Shown here: positions 29,582-42,086 of the stretch, piece by piece
Layout of the letters: each line of letters starts with the position of its first letter
Numbering within the stretch: position 1 is the stretch's first letter
Source: the human T2T-CHM13v2.0 reference genome, Homo sapiens
Reading direction: 5' to 3' (one strand)
DNA: 64,000 bases
NCBI RefSeq assembly: GCF_009914755.1
Contig: NC_060928.1
The notes under the pieces: generated by a model
The model's database searches: none
What the model was told of the DNA's origin: nothing
The model's input: the letters and a program-made list of their open reading frames with translations, nothing else
Program-made: the position numbers and the translations under genes

Positions 29582-31144
29582 TATTTTATTTTGAGGCAGA
29601 GTTTGTTCTAACAGCTGATCCTTCTCCCCACTCTTTTTTTTTGCTACATATTCTCTTGCACTTTTTTGATTTATTATTCCACTTGTATGTCTATTAGTAT
29701 GTTTTATACAAATATCAGTATAAAACAATGCACATGATGACCTCTTTATGGTATCTTAGTAACAATCCAGATAATAAAATCTTTGAGTATGTGCAAAAAT
29801 ATGGTAGTAAATATGGAAAGTGAAAATATACATTATTGAGATCGTTTTGAGACATTTCATTCTGTAAGTTCACAGTAGCAGAAATAACCACCATTTTTCC
29901 AAACTGTCACAAAATATAGTGGTAATTATGCTGGGATGAATACACATCTCATTTCCATATTTTCTATAGGGTTTCTTTAATGTTATTAATATGATATTAA
30001 GCAGGGGATTCTTCGTTTCAGGTGACTTGAGAGCTATTTCTGACCATATCTTTGAGCTTTTCCTAGTAAGGAAAGGTGAAGTTCAAATGCCTGAGCATAC
30101 AGATGTGGTACCATGTGGAAAGGGTGGGGTGACTCAATCTTATTTCCCTCTTGGTTTCTTCCTGTTATTGCTCTGTTTTGAGTAATTGCCCCTTTCTTCT
30201 GAGAAAACAAAAAAAGCAGCCTTTCTTAGGGAATCACAAATGAGCTCCTTTAATTCTGTGGACCAAGTCCTTTTGCAGACCAGTTAAAGTGGTTAATCTC
30301 TTGCTACTGATCCAGCTGTAGGACATCTTTTTCCTTGAACTGTTGAAAGCTCACAGGCTACTTGGATTCTTTCTTCTTTGTGTTTTCTGCCTGAACTTTT
30401 TACTACTGAATTTTTTCCTCTTTCTTTTGTTTTACATCATTGCCAAACTCATGTGTATTATTTTTTTTAAAAAGGAGCATTTATAGATGGGAAGAATTGT
30501 CCCAGTTTTATGCATGTCCGGTGCAATTCATGCTCTACTTGAAAGTGATTCTGCATTTTGTCTGTAAAACAAACTCAGAAGGCTTCATCCAGAACCAGTT
30601 TACACAGCTTCAAAGAAGAATGCAGATGTGACATAGTACGAATGCTAACAGCGATGGTAAGGTCTCACAACACCGAGGTGAGCTTCTGATGTTCCCAGAT
30701 TACTTCCAGTCACCATAAATTACTTTGCCATCCACTAGCTCTTAAAACTTTCCTTTTTATTGCACAAAATGCAAGTGAAAAAACAGAAGCTGGAAAATGC
30801 ATACATGTAAATGTACAGCTGGACTTTCTCCTGTAGGCTAGGTTGCAATAATTATAGATTAGGCCTTTAGAATATTTCATTTCACAAAGAATGAATTCTT
30901 CTTTACATGCCCTAAGTCTTGTTCTATCCTCTAAATCAATTATTTTCAACAGACATTTCCTGAACATGCTAGGTAGTAAGCTGAACGCACACATATGAAT
31001 AAAATATAGTCTTAATCACTTATGGTCTCCCTTGGCTTGAGGAACTCATAAGCTAACTGCTTAGAAGTTGTAAAGAATTTATTTTGGGGGAAGAGCCTAA
31101 CTAATAACAATGAAGATACTTAAAACTTATTGACTTGTAAAGAC

Positions 31145-31350
31145 AGGATAGCATAGTAGTTAAAAGCTTGGACTCTGATTTCACCACTTTCTAGTGTTGA
31201 CCATTGGAAAAGTGGTTTGATCATCTGATGCCTGTTTCTTCATTTACCAAAAATAGTTAGTAACAGAATTTACCTCATAGGCTTGTTGCAGGGCTTAAAT
31301 GAGTTAATAGTTGTAAGGCACTTAGAACAGTGCCTGGAGTCAAATAATTG
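31145..31350 (+). mobile_element. MIR
   Basis: atagcatagtagttaaaagcttggactctg...tacctcataggcttgttgcagggcttaaatgagttaata...gtaaggcacttagaacagtgcctgg. Confidence 0.85.
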
Positions 31351-31415
31351 TTTAAAAATAGTTAAAATGCTTTGCTTATACCAAGGATAGATCTAACATT
31401 AGGAATGCACAGATG

Positions 31416-31930
31416 GTATTAGTCATCTATTGTGTAACAAATTACCCCCAAACCTAGCAGCTTAAAACAACAAACCTATTGTCAGGCATGTGAATACCTA
31501 GTTAGCTATTTGTCTCTGATTCAGGGTCACTTAAGGCAGCAACTAAGCTGTGAGCTGGGGCTGCAATCATCTTAGGTCTTGAATAGGGAAGGATCAGCTT
31601 CGAAGGTCATTGTTGTGATGATTGGCAGGTCTCAGGTGTTTGTAGGTTGTCAGATGGAGACATCAGTTCCATGTCACATGGACCTCATGGGACATTTTAT
31701 AACATGGCAACTGGCTTCCCTCAGACTGCGGAATGGAGGAAGTAAGAAAGGGCACCACAGAGGAAGCCACTGTTTTATGATGAAATGATATTCTATCACT
31801 TTTACTGCATTTTGTTTGTTATAAGCAAGTCACTGGGTCTGGGCCACACTCAAGGGAAAGGATTTACACAAGGGTCTGAATACCAGAAGGTGGATTTCTT
31901 TGGTGACCATCTTATGAGATACCAACCACA
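31416..31930 (-). mobile_element. MaLR solo LTR (MLT1F-like)
   Basis: gtattagtcatctattgtgtaacaaattacccccaaacctagcagcttaaaacaac ... gggccacactcaagg ... accaca. Confidence 0.8.
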
Positions 31931-33679
31931 GAGATGATTAGTATTTTTCTTAGCCTATAAATGCTAAATAGAATGTATTTAAGTACACAGTGTTTAGAAA
32001 CTGTATTTATAGTTCTTCCAGTAAGAGAGAAATGAAAGTCACTTAAAATCTCCAGAAATTTGGCAATCTTTGAATGAACTTTATTTGCTCAACTTAAAGT
32101 TTGTCTCAGATGCCAGGTTGTTCATTAAAGTTTCTGTTAGTCCATTGTCTGTCTTTAAAAGATAGAAAGACCATGGTAACTTGAAAGTCGCCAAGTAGAA
32201 CTCCCCCAGGGTTGGAACTAATACTGCTTCTTTCCTCTGAAGCTCTTGTTCCACTCTGATTTGTGGATTTACTTATATAATTTAGTCAAGACTATGGCTT
32301 CTTGGAAGAAATCTCAGAAGGACTGAAATATAATAGCTTCTTTGTCCATACAGCCCCCAAAGTGTGATTCACAGAATATTTTGCCCTTCATGGCTCATGA
32401 GAAACCACGTCATGTCTTTAAGTCATTGACTTAAAACTAAATTATGAGGATGAATCACAAAATGATGTAAAGAAAAGTGTCTGTTGAATTTAGTATGAAT
32501 AATCAACCTGTATAATGTAAGATAAAAAGAGAAAAATAGTGTTCTAAGATAAGAGTTGCTATGATTTTATTTGGTCTTGAAGCACTGAGATGTATTCTAT
32601 TTTGCCTCATCAGTTCAATCAAACACACATAATTAATATTTTGTTACTAATTAATTTGTGTGTACTTTGAAAAAGTATCCTTGAACTACACAATTTATAT
32701 GAACTATTTCTGAAGTATATTTAGAAGAGAAAAAAAATTTATGATTGCTTTTTCAATTAGTATTCCTCTGCTTATATTGTGCCTGACCTCTTTTAAAACC
32801 TTAATTTAAATGAAGAGTAAAGAATTCAACATTCTCTTGCAAGGTGTATTCCGGATGAAATATTCTTCAGTTATGTTTCAAAAACATACAGAGTTGTTCT
32901 GAATTTTAATTAGACTGGCAATGAACTCTTGTTCTCTAGAAACATGAATAGTAAGACACAATTTCCTAGCAGCATCGTAACGACAAAAACAACAACAACA
33001 AAATGATGTTTCAGTATGCCTTTCGATGAGGAGAGAAAGTAGAGAAACTTACTATTAAGAGATATATTGGTTACATTAATTTAAAAATTTATACAGTAAG
33101 TGAATTTTGTGGAAAAAATAATTGTTTCTATTTTCTGATTAGACCACCTGCATAACCTCATCTTCTCATCCTAATTCTTCTCTATTATTTCTGAACCCTT
33201 CCGTATTAATTATCCTCCCTTTCTATTCCATCTTCCATGTCTTCCTCCCCATGGACCTCTTTTTCTCTGCCTATTCACAGGCCCAGACCTCTTATTTATA
33301 AACAGAAAATAAAATAGAAATTTTCCTTTAGCCATGCCATTCCCTTGAGGAACTGACTTATCATGCACATTTTTAACCAAACCAAACCAAACAAAACAAA
33401 ACAAAAACTCTTTGACAGAAACTGTTTCTGTCCTCTATGCTTTTTATCTTTGCATTCTTCAACCCTAAATAATCTACCTTCCACCTTAACTCCTTAGCAA
33501 GTGAGCAGCAGCCGTCACATGTGATTGTATCATAACACAAACAATGGTCTCTTTTCAATTTTCATCTACCTTGATAAGTTGTCAATGACTAACACTGATT
33601 CCCCCAACCCTTTTTGCAGAAATCAATCACCCTGGCTTTCTTGATATAGCATTTTATAGTTCTCCTATCTCCCACTAAA

Positions 33680-34200
33680 GGAAGAAATAGAAAGACAGAG
33701 AGAGAGAGAGAATGGTGAGACATACTTAATTAATATAAATAATTGGTTTACACTATTATAGAGGTGGAGAAGTCTGAAGATCTTCAACTGGCAAGCTAGA
33801 AAACCAAAAGAGCTGATGGTGTAGTACCAGTCCAAGTCAAAAGGCCTGAGAAACAGAACAGTGGTCTAAGTTCCAGTCCAAAGGTAGCAGGCTTGAGACC
33901 CAAAATGAACCATTTCAGTCTGAGCCCAAAGGCTGGAAAAACCAACTTTCCAGTGCAAGCAGTCCGACAGAAGTAATTCCCTCTTACTCAAGGGAGGGTC
34001 AAATTTTGTCTTGTTCAAGTTTTCAGCTGATTAGTTGAGGGCCATCCACATTATGGAAAGTAATCTGCTTTACTCAGTTTAATAATTCAAATATTAATCT
34101 TATCCAAAAACACCCTCACAGACACACTCAGAATAATGTTTAACCAAGTAGCTGGGCACCCCATGGCCCAGTCAAGTTGACATATAAAATTAACCACACA
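33680..34200 (-). mobile_element. MLT2B-like ERVL LTR
   Basis: ggagaagtc...ggcaagctag...agagctgatggtgtagt...aaaaacaccctcacagacacactcagaataatgttt...cccagtcaagttgacatataaaattaaccacaca. Confidence 0.85.
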
Positions 34201-37200
34201 CCACCACCCATTCTAAATTCCCTTTTCCCTCAAATGACACATAGCAAATCAGGGTTTATTCCTTGTGGGTAACTCAAATCTTCCTTGTTGTAGCAGAATT
34301 GGGAAGTAACCTTGCCCAGAGCATTGCATCTTCCAGAATATTCTTTCAGTCTTCACAATATAGCAATGACTATTTCCCCGTAAGATGTATTAATCACCCA
34401 CTAAAACAGTAACACCCCTTGTTCCTTTGTCGGTTCAGTAACATGTGGACTCCCAAATGACCAGGCGACAATGCCATCTGCTAGTGCAGTGGGATCATTT
34501 TTATTTTTTTGGTTGAGAACATTACTCCCTTGGATACTGTTTCAGTTACAGAACAAGATAACCTGCTACCATGAAGAAACCACAAAATACGGTAGCTCAA
34601 ACAAGATACTCTTTTCCCCTCCCATGAGTCCAGTACTGGCAGATGGTTTAGGGCATAAAACTATCTCTGCTTTATAAGATTACATAGGGGCTTCTTCAGT
34701 CTTGTTCTGTCTTGTTGCTCTGTAGTGCTGTAGGGTTTTGCAGGCATGGTCAGAACTGGATCATCTGCATTACATCTGTAGAATTTGTATGTATTTCTAC
34801 ATATGAATGTGGAAAGAAAGTAGAGTTCAGGCATTTTCCATTATTAAAGATTTGACCTGAAAGTTGCATGCATCACTCTGCTCACACCCCATTAGTCATA
34901 ACTTAACCACATGACTACCTAATAGGTGCAATGGAAAATTGTAACATGTAGTCTCTAACCGGGCAGCCATGTGCTAAATACTTAGGGTGCTCTATAATTA
35001 AGATGTAGAAAGGGATCATTAGTCTTGGGGACATTATTAGTATTGAAACCTCTAAACAACTGGAGACCAAAGTTCCAGGATGGAAAACAAAATTATGAAC
35101 AAGACAGCAGGTTTGAGAGCAAGGTGCCACTTTCATTCCTTGGTCCCAGGCTCATGTATTTTTGGTTTTGAGAGACTTGGCATCATATACGAGATGATGG
35201 TTTGAAGCATATACCACATCCTGAAAGACAGTGCCCCAACCACGGTGGGATTGGTGCTCACTGGGAGGATTAATCTTTCCTACTGTCCATCAGGGACACC
35301 CTGACTGTCCTGAAATGCTATATTGGTCTACCTCTGCATGGTTATAACATACCATGTTTATGTAAACCAAGTCCAAATGTTTTCTTCCTCAGTCGAGTAG
35401 TAACAAAAGTCATTCTCATGAGACTTTATGAGGGAGAGGAGGCAGGACAATAAGAGTAGAGATGGTGAGAATTTGAGTTGTCTCTGCATGCAACTTGCCT
35501 ATGTCTTTACATTGACTTCATGATGGAGTGTTGCTGACAACGTGATGATTTTCTGGGTTCAGTAACACCTAATTCATGCTGGACAGGTCAGGTTGCATGG
35601 CCATTTGGTATCTCATGATTGAGTGTTTAGTCTACCAGATCCTAGTAATACGGTTGCAGTTAGTACAAAAGAAGAGAAAAATTGTTTCCAGCGAGGGTTT
35701 TTCCTCAGGGGGCATTCAATGAGTGTTTACTATGATTTTCTTCCAGGAGCCTGCCATTGGCTCCACTAAGTACCCTGATCTGCTACAGTCATTTCAAGTA
35801 CTAATGGGTCCACAAAGTCATAAGAGCTAAGAGGCAGGGATGCTTTTGCTACAGCTTTATCAGCTGTAAAACTTTGTCTTTCTCTGGATTCCATTCAAAA
35901 CTGGCAACCTTATAGATGGCTTGCTAGTTTAGAAAAATATGCCAAAAGTTGTATGTTGCCTACCAAATTGAAATAGGACCGTGGTGTGCACTTTATCTTT
36001 CTTAGTTGTGGGCAATGCAAGGTACAGCAAGTTGCCTTTCACTGTGGCAAAGATATTATAATGTTATTTAGTCCACTGAGCACTATATTTTAATGGGTTT
36101 ATCTTGGACCTTTTTATTTACTTGTGTCTTAGCAAGACCACTAGGTTAATTGCTTTTAGTTAGTGTTCATAAAATTCTATCTTTAAAAAATAATCAGTAT
36201 AAGAGTAAAACTTGACTTACTGTGGAATGGTGAAATCATTATCATTCCTATAGACTAAATTATGACACAGAGATAGAATTACCACACATAGCTCACATAC
36301 TACACAAAAACTGACATATCACAAGACAGGAAAGTGAAAATATACTGCTGTCCATGCCCAGTGAAAGCAAACTGTTTCTGGTATTCTCTATATAGTATGA
36401 TGGAGAGGAAAAATAGTCCAGCTGCATACTAAGCTGAAGGGCTTAATTTGCTCTGTTATGAGACAATATTTGGTTCAGCAGCTTGAATTTGAGTAACTAT
36501 TGCTTAAACTCTCCCTAATCTACTATTCTTCTGTAAGTCTTATTGATTTTCTGTACAGACTGAAAGGCAGATTGAAAGAGGACACATAAGGGACCAAAAT
36601 CACTGCATCTTTTAAGTAATTAATAGTGGCACTAATATACAGATTCCCACTGGAGATATCATGCTGCTTTGGTCTTACTCATCTTAGGGAAGGGGAATTC
36701 CACAGACACCAAATTGGCCTGTGGTTCCATCTAGTCCTCACTCCGTGATTCAGAGTCAATGTAGGGATTTTGCTAGTTGTTGAGTATACCCATTTCAGTT
36801 TACACTCTGATACTGAGCAACAGGAGAATGTGTTTACCATGAGACAGACCCAGGCCCTCACTCTGAGTGGGGTTTCCACAGTAGCATTCTAGGTCTCCAG
36901 GGATTAGCAGAACCAGAGTCTGACAGTAAGTCCACGTATTTCTCTCTCAATACCCAAAGAAATTAGTAGATAGTCACAAGCTCCTGGCAAAGGCCAGGAG
37001 AAAGAATTACAGAATAGTCTTTGATGGTTTCTTGGGGTTCTTTCTCAAACATATCTGATTTTCCATTCTTTCAGGAACCATGAGTACATTAATTTATTCA
37101 GGTCTTATAATTGATTGAAGAACCATGACATGGCTCAACACTCAATGTGACATTCTACAAGGGTCAAGTTATTCAACTTATATTTGCTATACCTAAATAT

Positions 37201-37270
37201 TTTTGGATATGTAATAATTTGGGTCATTAGAGAATTTATTATTAATTAGTTACCACCAAAAATTCTGGTG
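34201..37270 (-). mobile_element. Degenerate ERVL internal region (pol/gag relic) contiguous with the MLT2 LTR
   Basis: Adjacent to the LTR; ERVL-like motifs ccactttcattccttggtcccagg, gcaaggtacagcaagttgcctttcac, gcaaactgtttctgg; no intact ORF. Confidence 0.65.
34538..35048 (-). mobile_element. MLT1 (I/J-like) LTR nested in the ERVL internal region
   Basis: tgtttcagtta...tagctcaaacaagata...aagttgcatgcatcactctgctcacaccccatt...acttaaccacatgactaccta...gggcagccatgtgc. Confidence 0.65.
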
Positions 37271-37279
37271 GTTTTATAC

Positions 37280-37460
37280 TCACTAGTTGTAAGATCTTAG
37301 ATAAGTGTCATAAGATTTAAATGCCTTAGTTTCCTTATCTGTAAAACAGATTATAGTACCTGTCTCATGGATTAATTCTGTGGATTAATTGTGAGAACAA
37401 TTAAAGTGGTTAGAATAGTATCAAGCACAAAATAAGTGTTCAATAAGTGATAGCTATTAT
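37280..37460 (+). mobile_element. MIR
   Basis: gccttagtttccttatctgtaaaacag...agtacctgtctcatgg...taagtgttcaataagtgatagctatt. Confidence 0.8.
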
Positions 37461-37839
37461 TTTTATTGAATGTAGATCAATATCTTTAGTTTGCCAATAA
37501 AAGCCCTTCATCCTCTTATTATCATCTTACCCTTCACTGTTATTTTACACCAACCACGTTTCATTTTTGCTTAGCTGGATTACATCATGTTTTCTGACAA
37601 GTCTCTCACTTCTGTGTTTTGACATCTTTTTCTGACATGTCCTTTCATGGAACACTGCTTATTGGATTTCACACATTTTCCGATGTTCATATCAAGTGCT
37701 ACTGCCATTGTGAATTCTTTCTTGCTATTTTCCTGTCTGAATATGATCTCTCTTCTCAAAAATCTTCATTATAGTTTTTTGGGGAATATCTCATTAATTA
37801 ATTAATTGATGGAAGAATTAAACCCATTTTGAATAGGTA

Positions 37840-38560
37840 ACCACCTGTACCATATTTAAGGAGACCCTTTCTGTGAGAGGAGCTTGCAAATTTCTAAGAG
37901 AAATAGTTGTATAAATAGATGATTCAAATACAGTGGTTTGATGTTATTAGAGTAATGCTCAGAGTTTTCTAAAAGTTCAGAAGATAGGGTACCTAGCTCC
38001 AAAATGGGAAGTCAGTAAGGCTTCTTGGAGAAAGTGATGTCAGAACCAAGTTGTGAAAATGTTTTGAAATTAACCAGGCAATGTTCAGCAGGACAGAATA
38101 ACACAAGCAATGTTCAGCGATCGATATGCAGTTCAGAATTTCTGTAGTGAACTCATGATGGTGGATTAAGGGAAGGGATACTGAAGAGGTAGGTACTGGA
38201 AAGGTAGAATCCCAAGGAACTCTGTATAAGAGAGTAAAGAACTTGCACACATTCATAAGTGTCATTGAAGGCTTTTCAGCAGTTTTTGATATAGACAGTT
38301 CATCTTGACAGTAGTATTGAGGTGGTGCTTTGAGGCAGAAAGGCCAATTAGAAGTATATTGCCATCATTCAGGTGAGAGATAGAAAGGGTAGGAATAGTA
38401 GGGACAGATGGAAAAGAGGGAATAAATATGAAAATTATTCATGAGAAAAATCAGAATGGCTTTATGATCAATTAATTCTGGGAGATGAGGAAAAGGATGG
38501 CGCTAAATATATCTTTAACATTTTAAGGACAGTAACAGGGAGGTTGTTACAGAATATTTC
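37840..38560 (-). mobile_element. L2 relic
   Basis: gggaagtcagtaaggcttcttggagaaagtgatg...cattgaaggcttttcagcag...gaggcagaaaggccaattagaag...cattcaggtgagagat. Confidence 0.7.
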
Positions 38561-38753
38561 CTGAATTTGAAACTATATGTAGTGTAGGAGACAAAAGAGC
38601 AGGATTATAATGTTTATAATGTGCACATTCCTGATCATGCAGTGGCTTTTAAGTTCCCATATTAAACACAGATATAAACATCTGAGGTGAAAATGTGAGT
38701 ACAATGACAAAGGAGAATATACGTTTATGGAGTCATGTCCACCAAAGTCTCTA

Positions 38754-39094
38754 CAGCAGTATCCCCTTATCTGTGGGAGGTACATTCCAAGACCCCCAGT
38801 GATTGCCTGAAACCATGGAGCGCACCAAACTCTCTCTGTGTCATACCATTTTTTTCCATCTGATACAGCTGCTAAGTGACTAATGGGTGGGTAGCTGGAC
38901 AAAAGGAGGATTCACATCCCAGGAAGGATGCCACAGGATGGTGTGAGATTTCATCACACTACTCAGAATGGCATCTAATTTAACATTTATGAATTGTTTA
39001 TTTCTGAAATTTTCCACTTAATATTTTCAGACCGAGGTTGACCGTGGGTAACTGAAACAGCAGAAAGTAAAACTGCGGATAAAGGAGGACTACA
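38754..39094 (-). mobile_element. MER44A-like (Tigger-derived MITE)
   Basis: TA|cagcagtatccccttatc ... gcggataaaggaggactac inverted termini; tatgaattgtttatttctgaaattttccac. Confidence 0.85.
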
Positions 39095-39251
39095 TATCTC
39101 TTTATTTGGTTGTTCATATCATCTTATTTGATATTGATAGAGAAAGCTGCTAAGGTAGAAAATATTCATAATCTTAATTAAAAAGGGAGAAATGGAGAAA
39201 AAGGAAGAAGGGAAAAAAGGAGAAAAATCAAATAAAAATAATGAATTGAAT

Positions 39252-39352
39252 TTTTTTTTTTTTTTTGAGATGGCGTTTTGCTCTGTCGCCCAGGCCGGAG
39301 TGCAGTGGCGGGATCTCGGCTCATTGCAAGCTCCACCTCCTGGGTTCACGCC
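39252..39352 (-). mobile_element. Severely 5'-truncated AluY-type insertion
   Basis: About 85 nt of right-arm 3' end plus poly(T); perfect TSD aatgaattgaat (39240-39251 and 39353-39364). Confidence 0.9.
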
Positions 39353-42086
39353 AATGAATTGAATGTTTTAATTCATATGGAAGTTGAGTTTACTTGAATA
39401 CAATTTTTTTTTAACAATTGGAATTGGTGACTGTCATAATGTGAAAAGCAGTTAGCTAATAGGATAATGAAAAACTGCTTTCAATGAAAAAATTGACTAA
39501 TCTCTACCATCATTCTTTTTTGTAAAGCATTTATGTAAATTATTCCATACTGAAGATCTATTTCTGTTTGGAAACATTGATGGCAGAATGAAAGATGTAC
39601 TGAACGGGGACCACAAAGCCTGGTTTCTAGCACTATCCTATCATACCCTCAACAAAACAAATAACTAGAGCTCTTTAATCTCTTCATAAAAATAAATGCG
39701 TTGTTTAAGTTCTCTAAAGTCTGTATCTGTTCAACACATTGGCTTTATAGTGAGGACTAGACTTCCTTGATTCTTTTTCAGTTACTGACATTCATAATCT
39801 CCTGACATTCACAATCAAATTTACTGCGGCTCTGAAATATTCACCTTCTCATTCAGAAATGCTTGTGAAAAGAGAAGAAGCATATGGCAACTGGTCTCAG
39901 ACATGGTTGCCCATGAAGTGCTTATATCAATCAAATATAATATAATATAATGGTACCAAATTAAGGCTCTGGAATGAATAATTTTAATTTCCTCTAGGCT
40001 AATATTGACACTGCTACAATGACAATGGCTACAATGACAATGGCTACAATTCCACAAACAGTCCATTAAGGCATAGTATTAGTAAGTTAAAGGGTTAATA
40101 CAATTTTTAAAAATGTACTAGTCAACTTTTAAGGACAGAATGAAATGAAATGGAAATGGAGTACAAGATGAATGTAATTAGAACGTATTTTACAGAGTAG
40201 ACGTTTTAGAAATACAGGTTAAATACATCTAAAAAAATAGCACAAAAGGCTTGGCTTACTTTTTCCTCTACATTTTAAACTGAAATTTTTCATTATGATC
40301 AGTGTTCTTTTTCAGAGATGAGTAGCTACATCTGCCTTTAGCAGTACAAAAACCCACATTTCCTCAGTCTCTGTTATTACCACCATTGTACGAAGTAGCC
40401 AGTGTTCAATTATTACCTGTCACTAACAACCTCAAACTATAGATTGAAGAGGTTAATTTTCAGTTTATTTTACTCTATATGTGAGTGCTGAGTAATAATG
40501 CTAGTCTTGAAATTTTTTGAAAAGAGAAAATCCTTTCTTGCTAGAGGAAATTTAAGCTCATTGGGATGAAAACAGTAGTTATACTATTATTTGCAGAGCA
40601 TAAAATACTTAAAATTAAGAAATTTTTAGAAACTTTGTGTTAGCCAAAACTGGCTTCAAAACTCATTGAATTGTATAATAATTCATATGAAAATGTATGT
40701 AAGACTAACCCAAGGAAGAAATGATACAGATGATCTATTTTTCAGGATTTGTTTTTTTTTTTTGTACAGCTTCATGTACAATCTCTATAGATACAAGGGA
40801 GGAAATAGGTTGCTCACAAAACTTAAATTCAGTGGGGTACTGATTAGATTTTTGAACTTATGTTTAGTTCCTAAATAACTTTTCTTTTGCCAGACCACCA
40901 TGTCCTTGAAAAGTTAATTTTGTTTTATCTCCGGATACAGGAGGCTTCACATGACAATGGCAGTTGAAAGCTTCCCAGGTAAAGATCCTTCAAAGAATAA
41001 GCAACTCATGATAGGGAAGGATAAAAGTCAACAGTTTATACCACTCAACTGCTTTTAAGATTTTCATCAAATGCATCCCCTGCAGTTGAAACTTACTAGA
41101 GAAGCTTCCCAGCAGAGTTAAAATCATAAAACAATGACAATGTTACCTTTGTTTCTCTGAGCTTTTAGACAGGAAAGACAGCCACCGAACTGTGTATCAA
41201 CTTACTTTCTTCCCCTTCTGGTGTTGAAAAAAAAAAAATCTCTTACCCTGAGGTACATGCCATTATACCACAATTTAAGAAAAGATAGTTTTTGTAATCA
41301 GCTAGAAAATACAACTTTATTCTAAAAGTGTTTGTATTTTATGGTTTCTGGTATGAATATGTGATGTATTTACTCAAGGGCAAAATCTTCCATAGCACAA
41401 AAATGGAGTTCATTGCAATTTTAAAAGTAAATATTAACTTGTGAGTTAAAAAATTTTTTTACTAATACCTTTTCATTATGCCTAGAATTTGACATTTTAA
41501 AATATGTACATATCATGGCAAAGACTATAGCATATTTAAACATAAGTATTGGCAAATATGAAGAGGGCTGTATTTTCTTATTTCTGAGATGTTGCCAGTC
41601 CATGATCTCACGCTGACCACTGCTCCGGAAATTATCATAAGTCAGTAAAAGAAGGCTTTTGTCCATTCCCTTGTGTGTATGATAGGTTTCCTCTTGGGAG
41701 CAAAGGTATGAAGGGAGCACAGTTTGATACTATCCTTAAAATGCAAAGTACAGTTTTGAGTTGAGAAGCTTTATTAAAATCCATACTGTAGCTGCTTCAC
41801 CAAATAGACACAGAATGCTGGACTAGACTTGCTTTATGTTACACTGCAAGCTAATAAAAGCTGAAATTAGTTCTCTTGGATATTCACTGAGTAGAAGTTT
41901 CGCTGTTGAATTGCCTTTTTAAGATATTTTAAAAAGTCCTTGATGTCAGCACAAAGGAGACACTGCTATAAGGTTCAGTAGGACAAACTATATTAATCTG
42001 GCTAAATTTCAACTGGGTTAATGATATTTTGTCTCCTTAAATTCTTTTGAATAACATACTTTTCTTTATTCATATAAATGCCATAT

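Noticed and set aside
40084-40100. aaagggttaa resembling a piggyBac-like terminus
   Set aside because: I found no matching opposite terminus or internal similarity.
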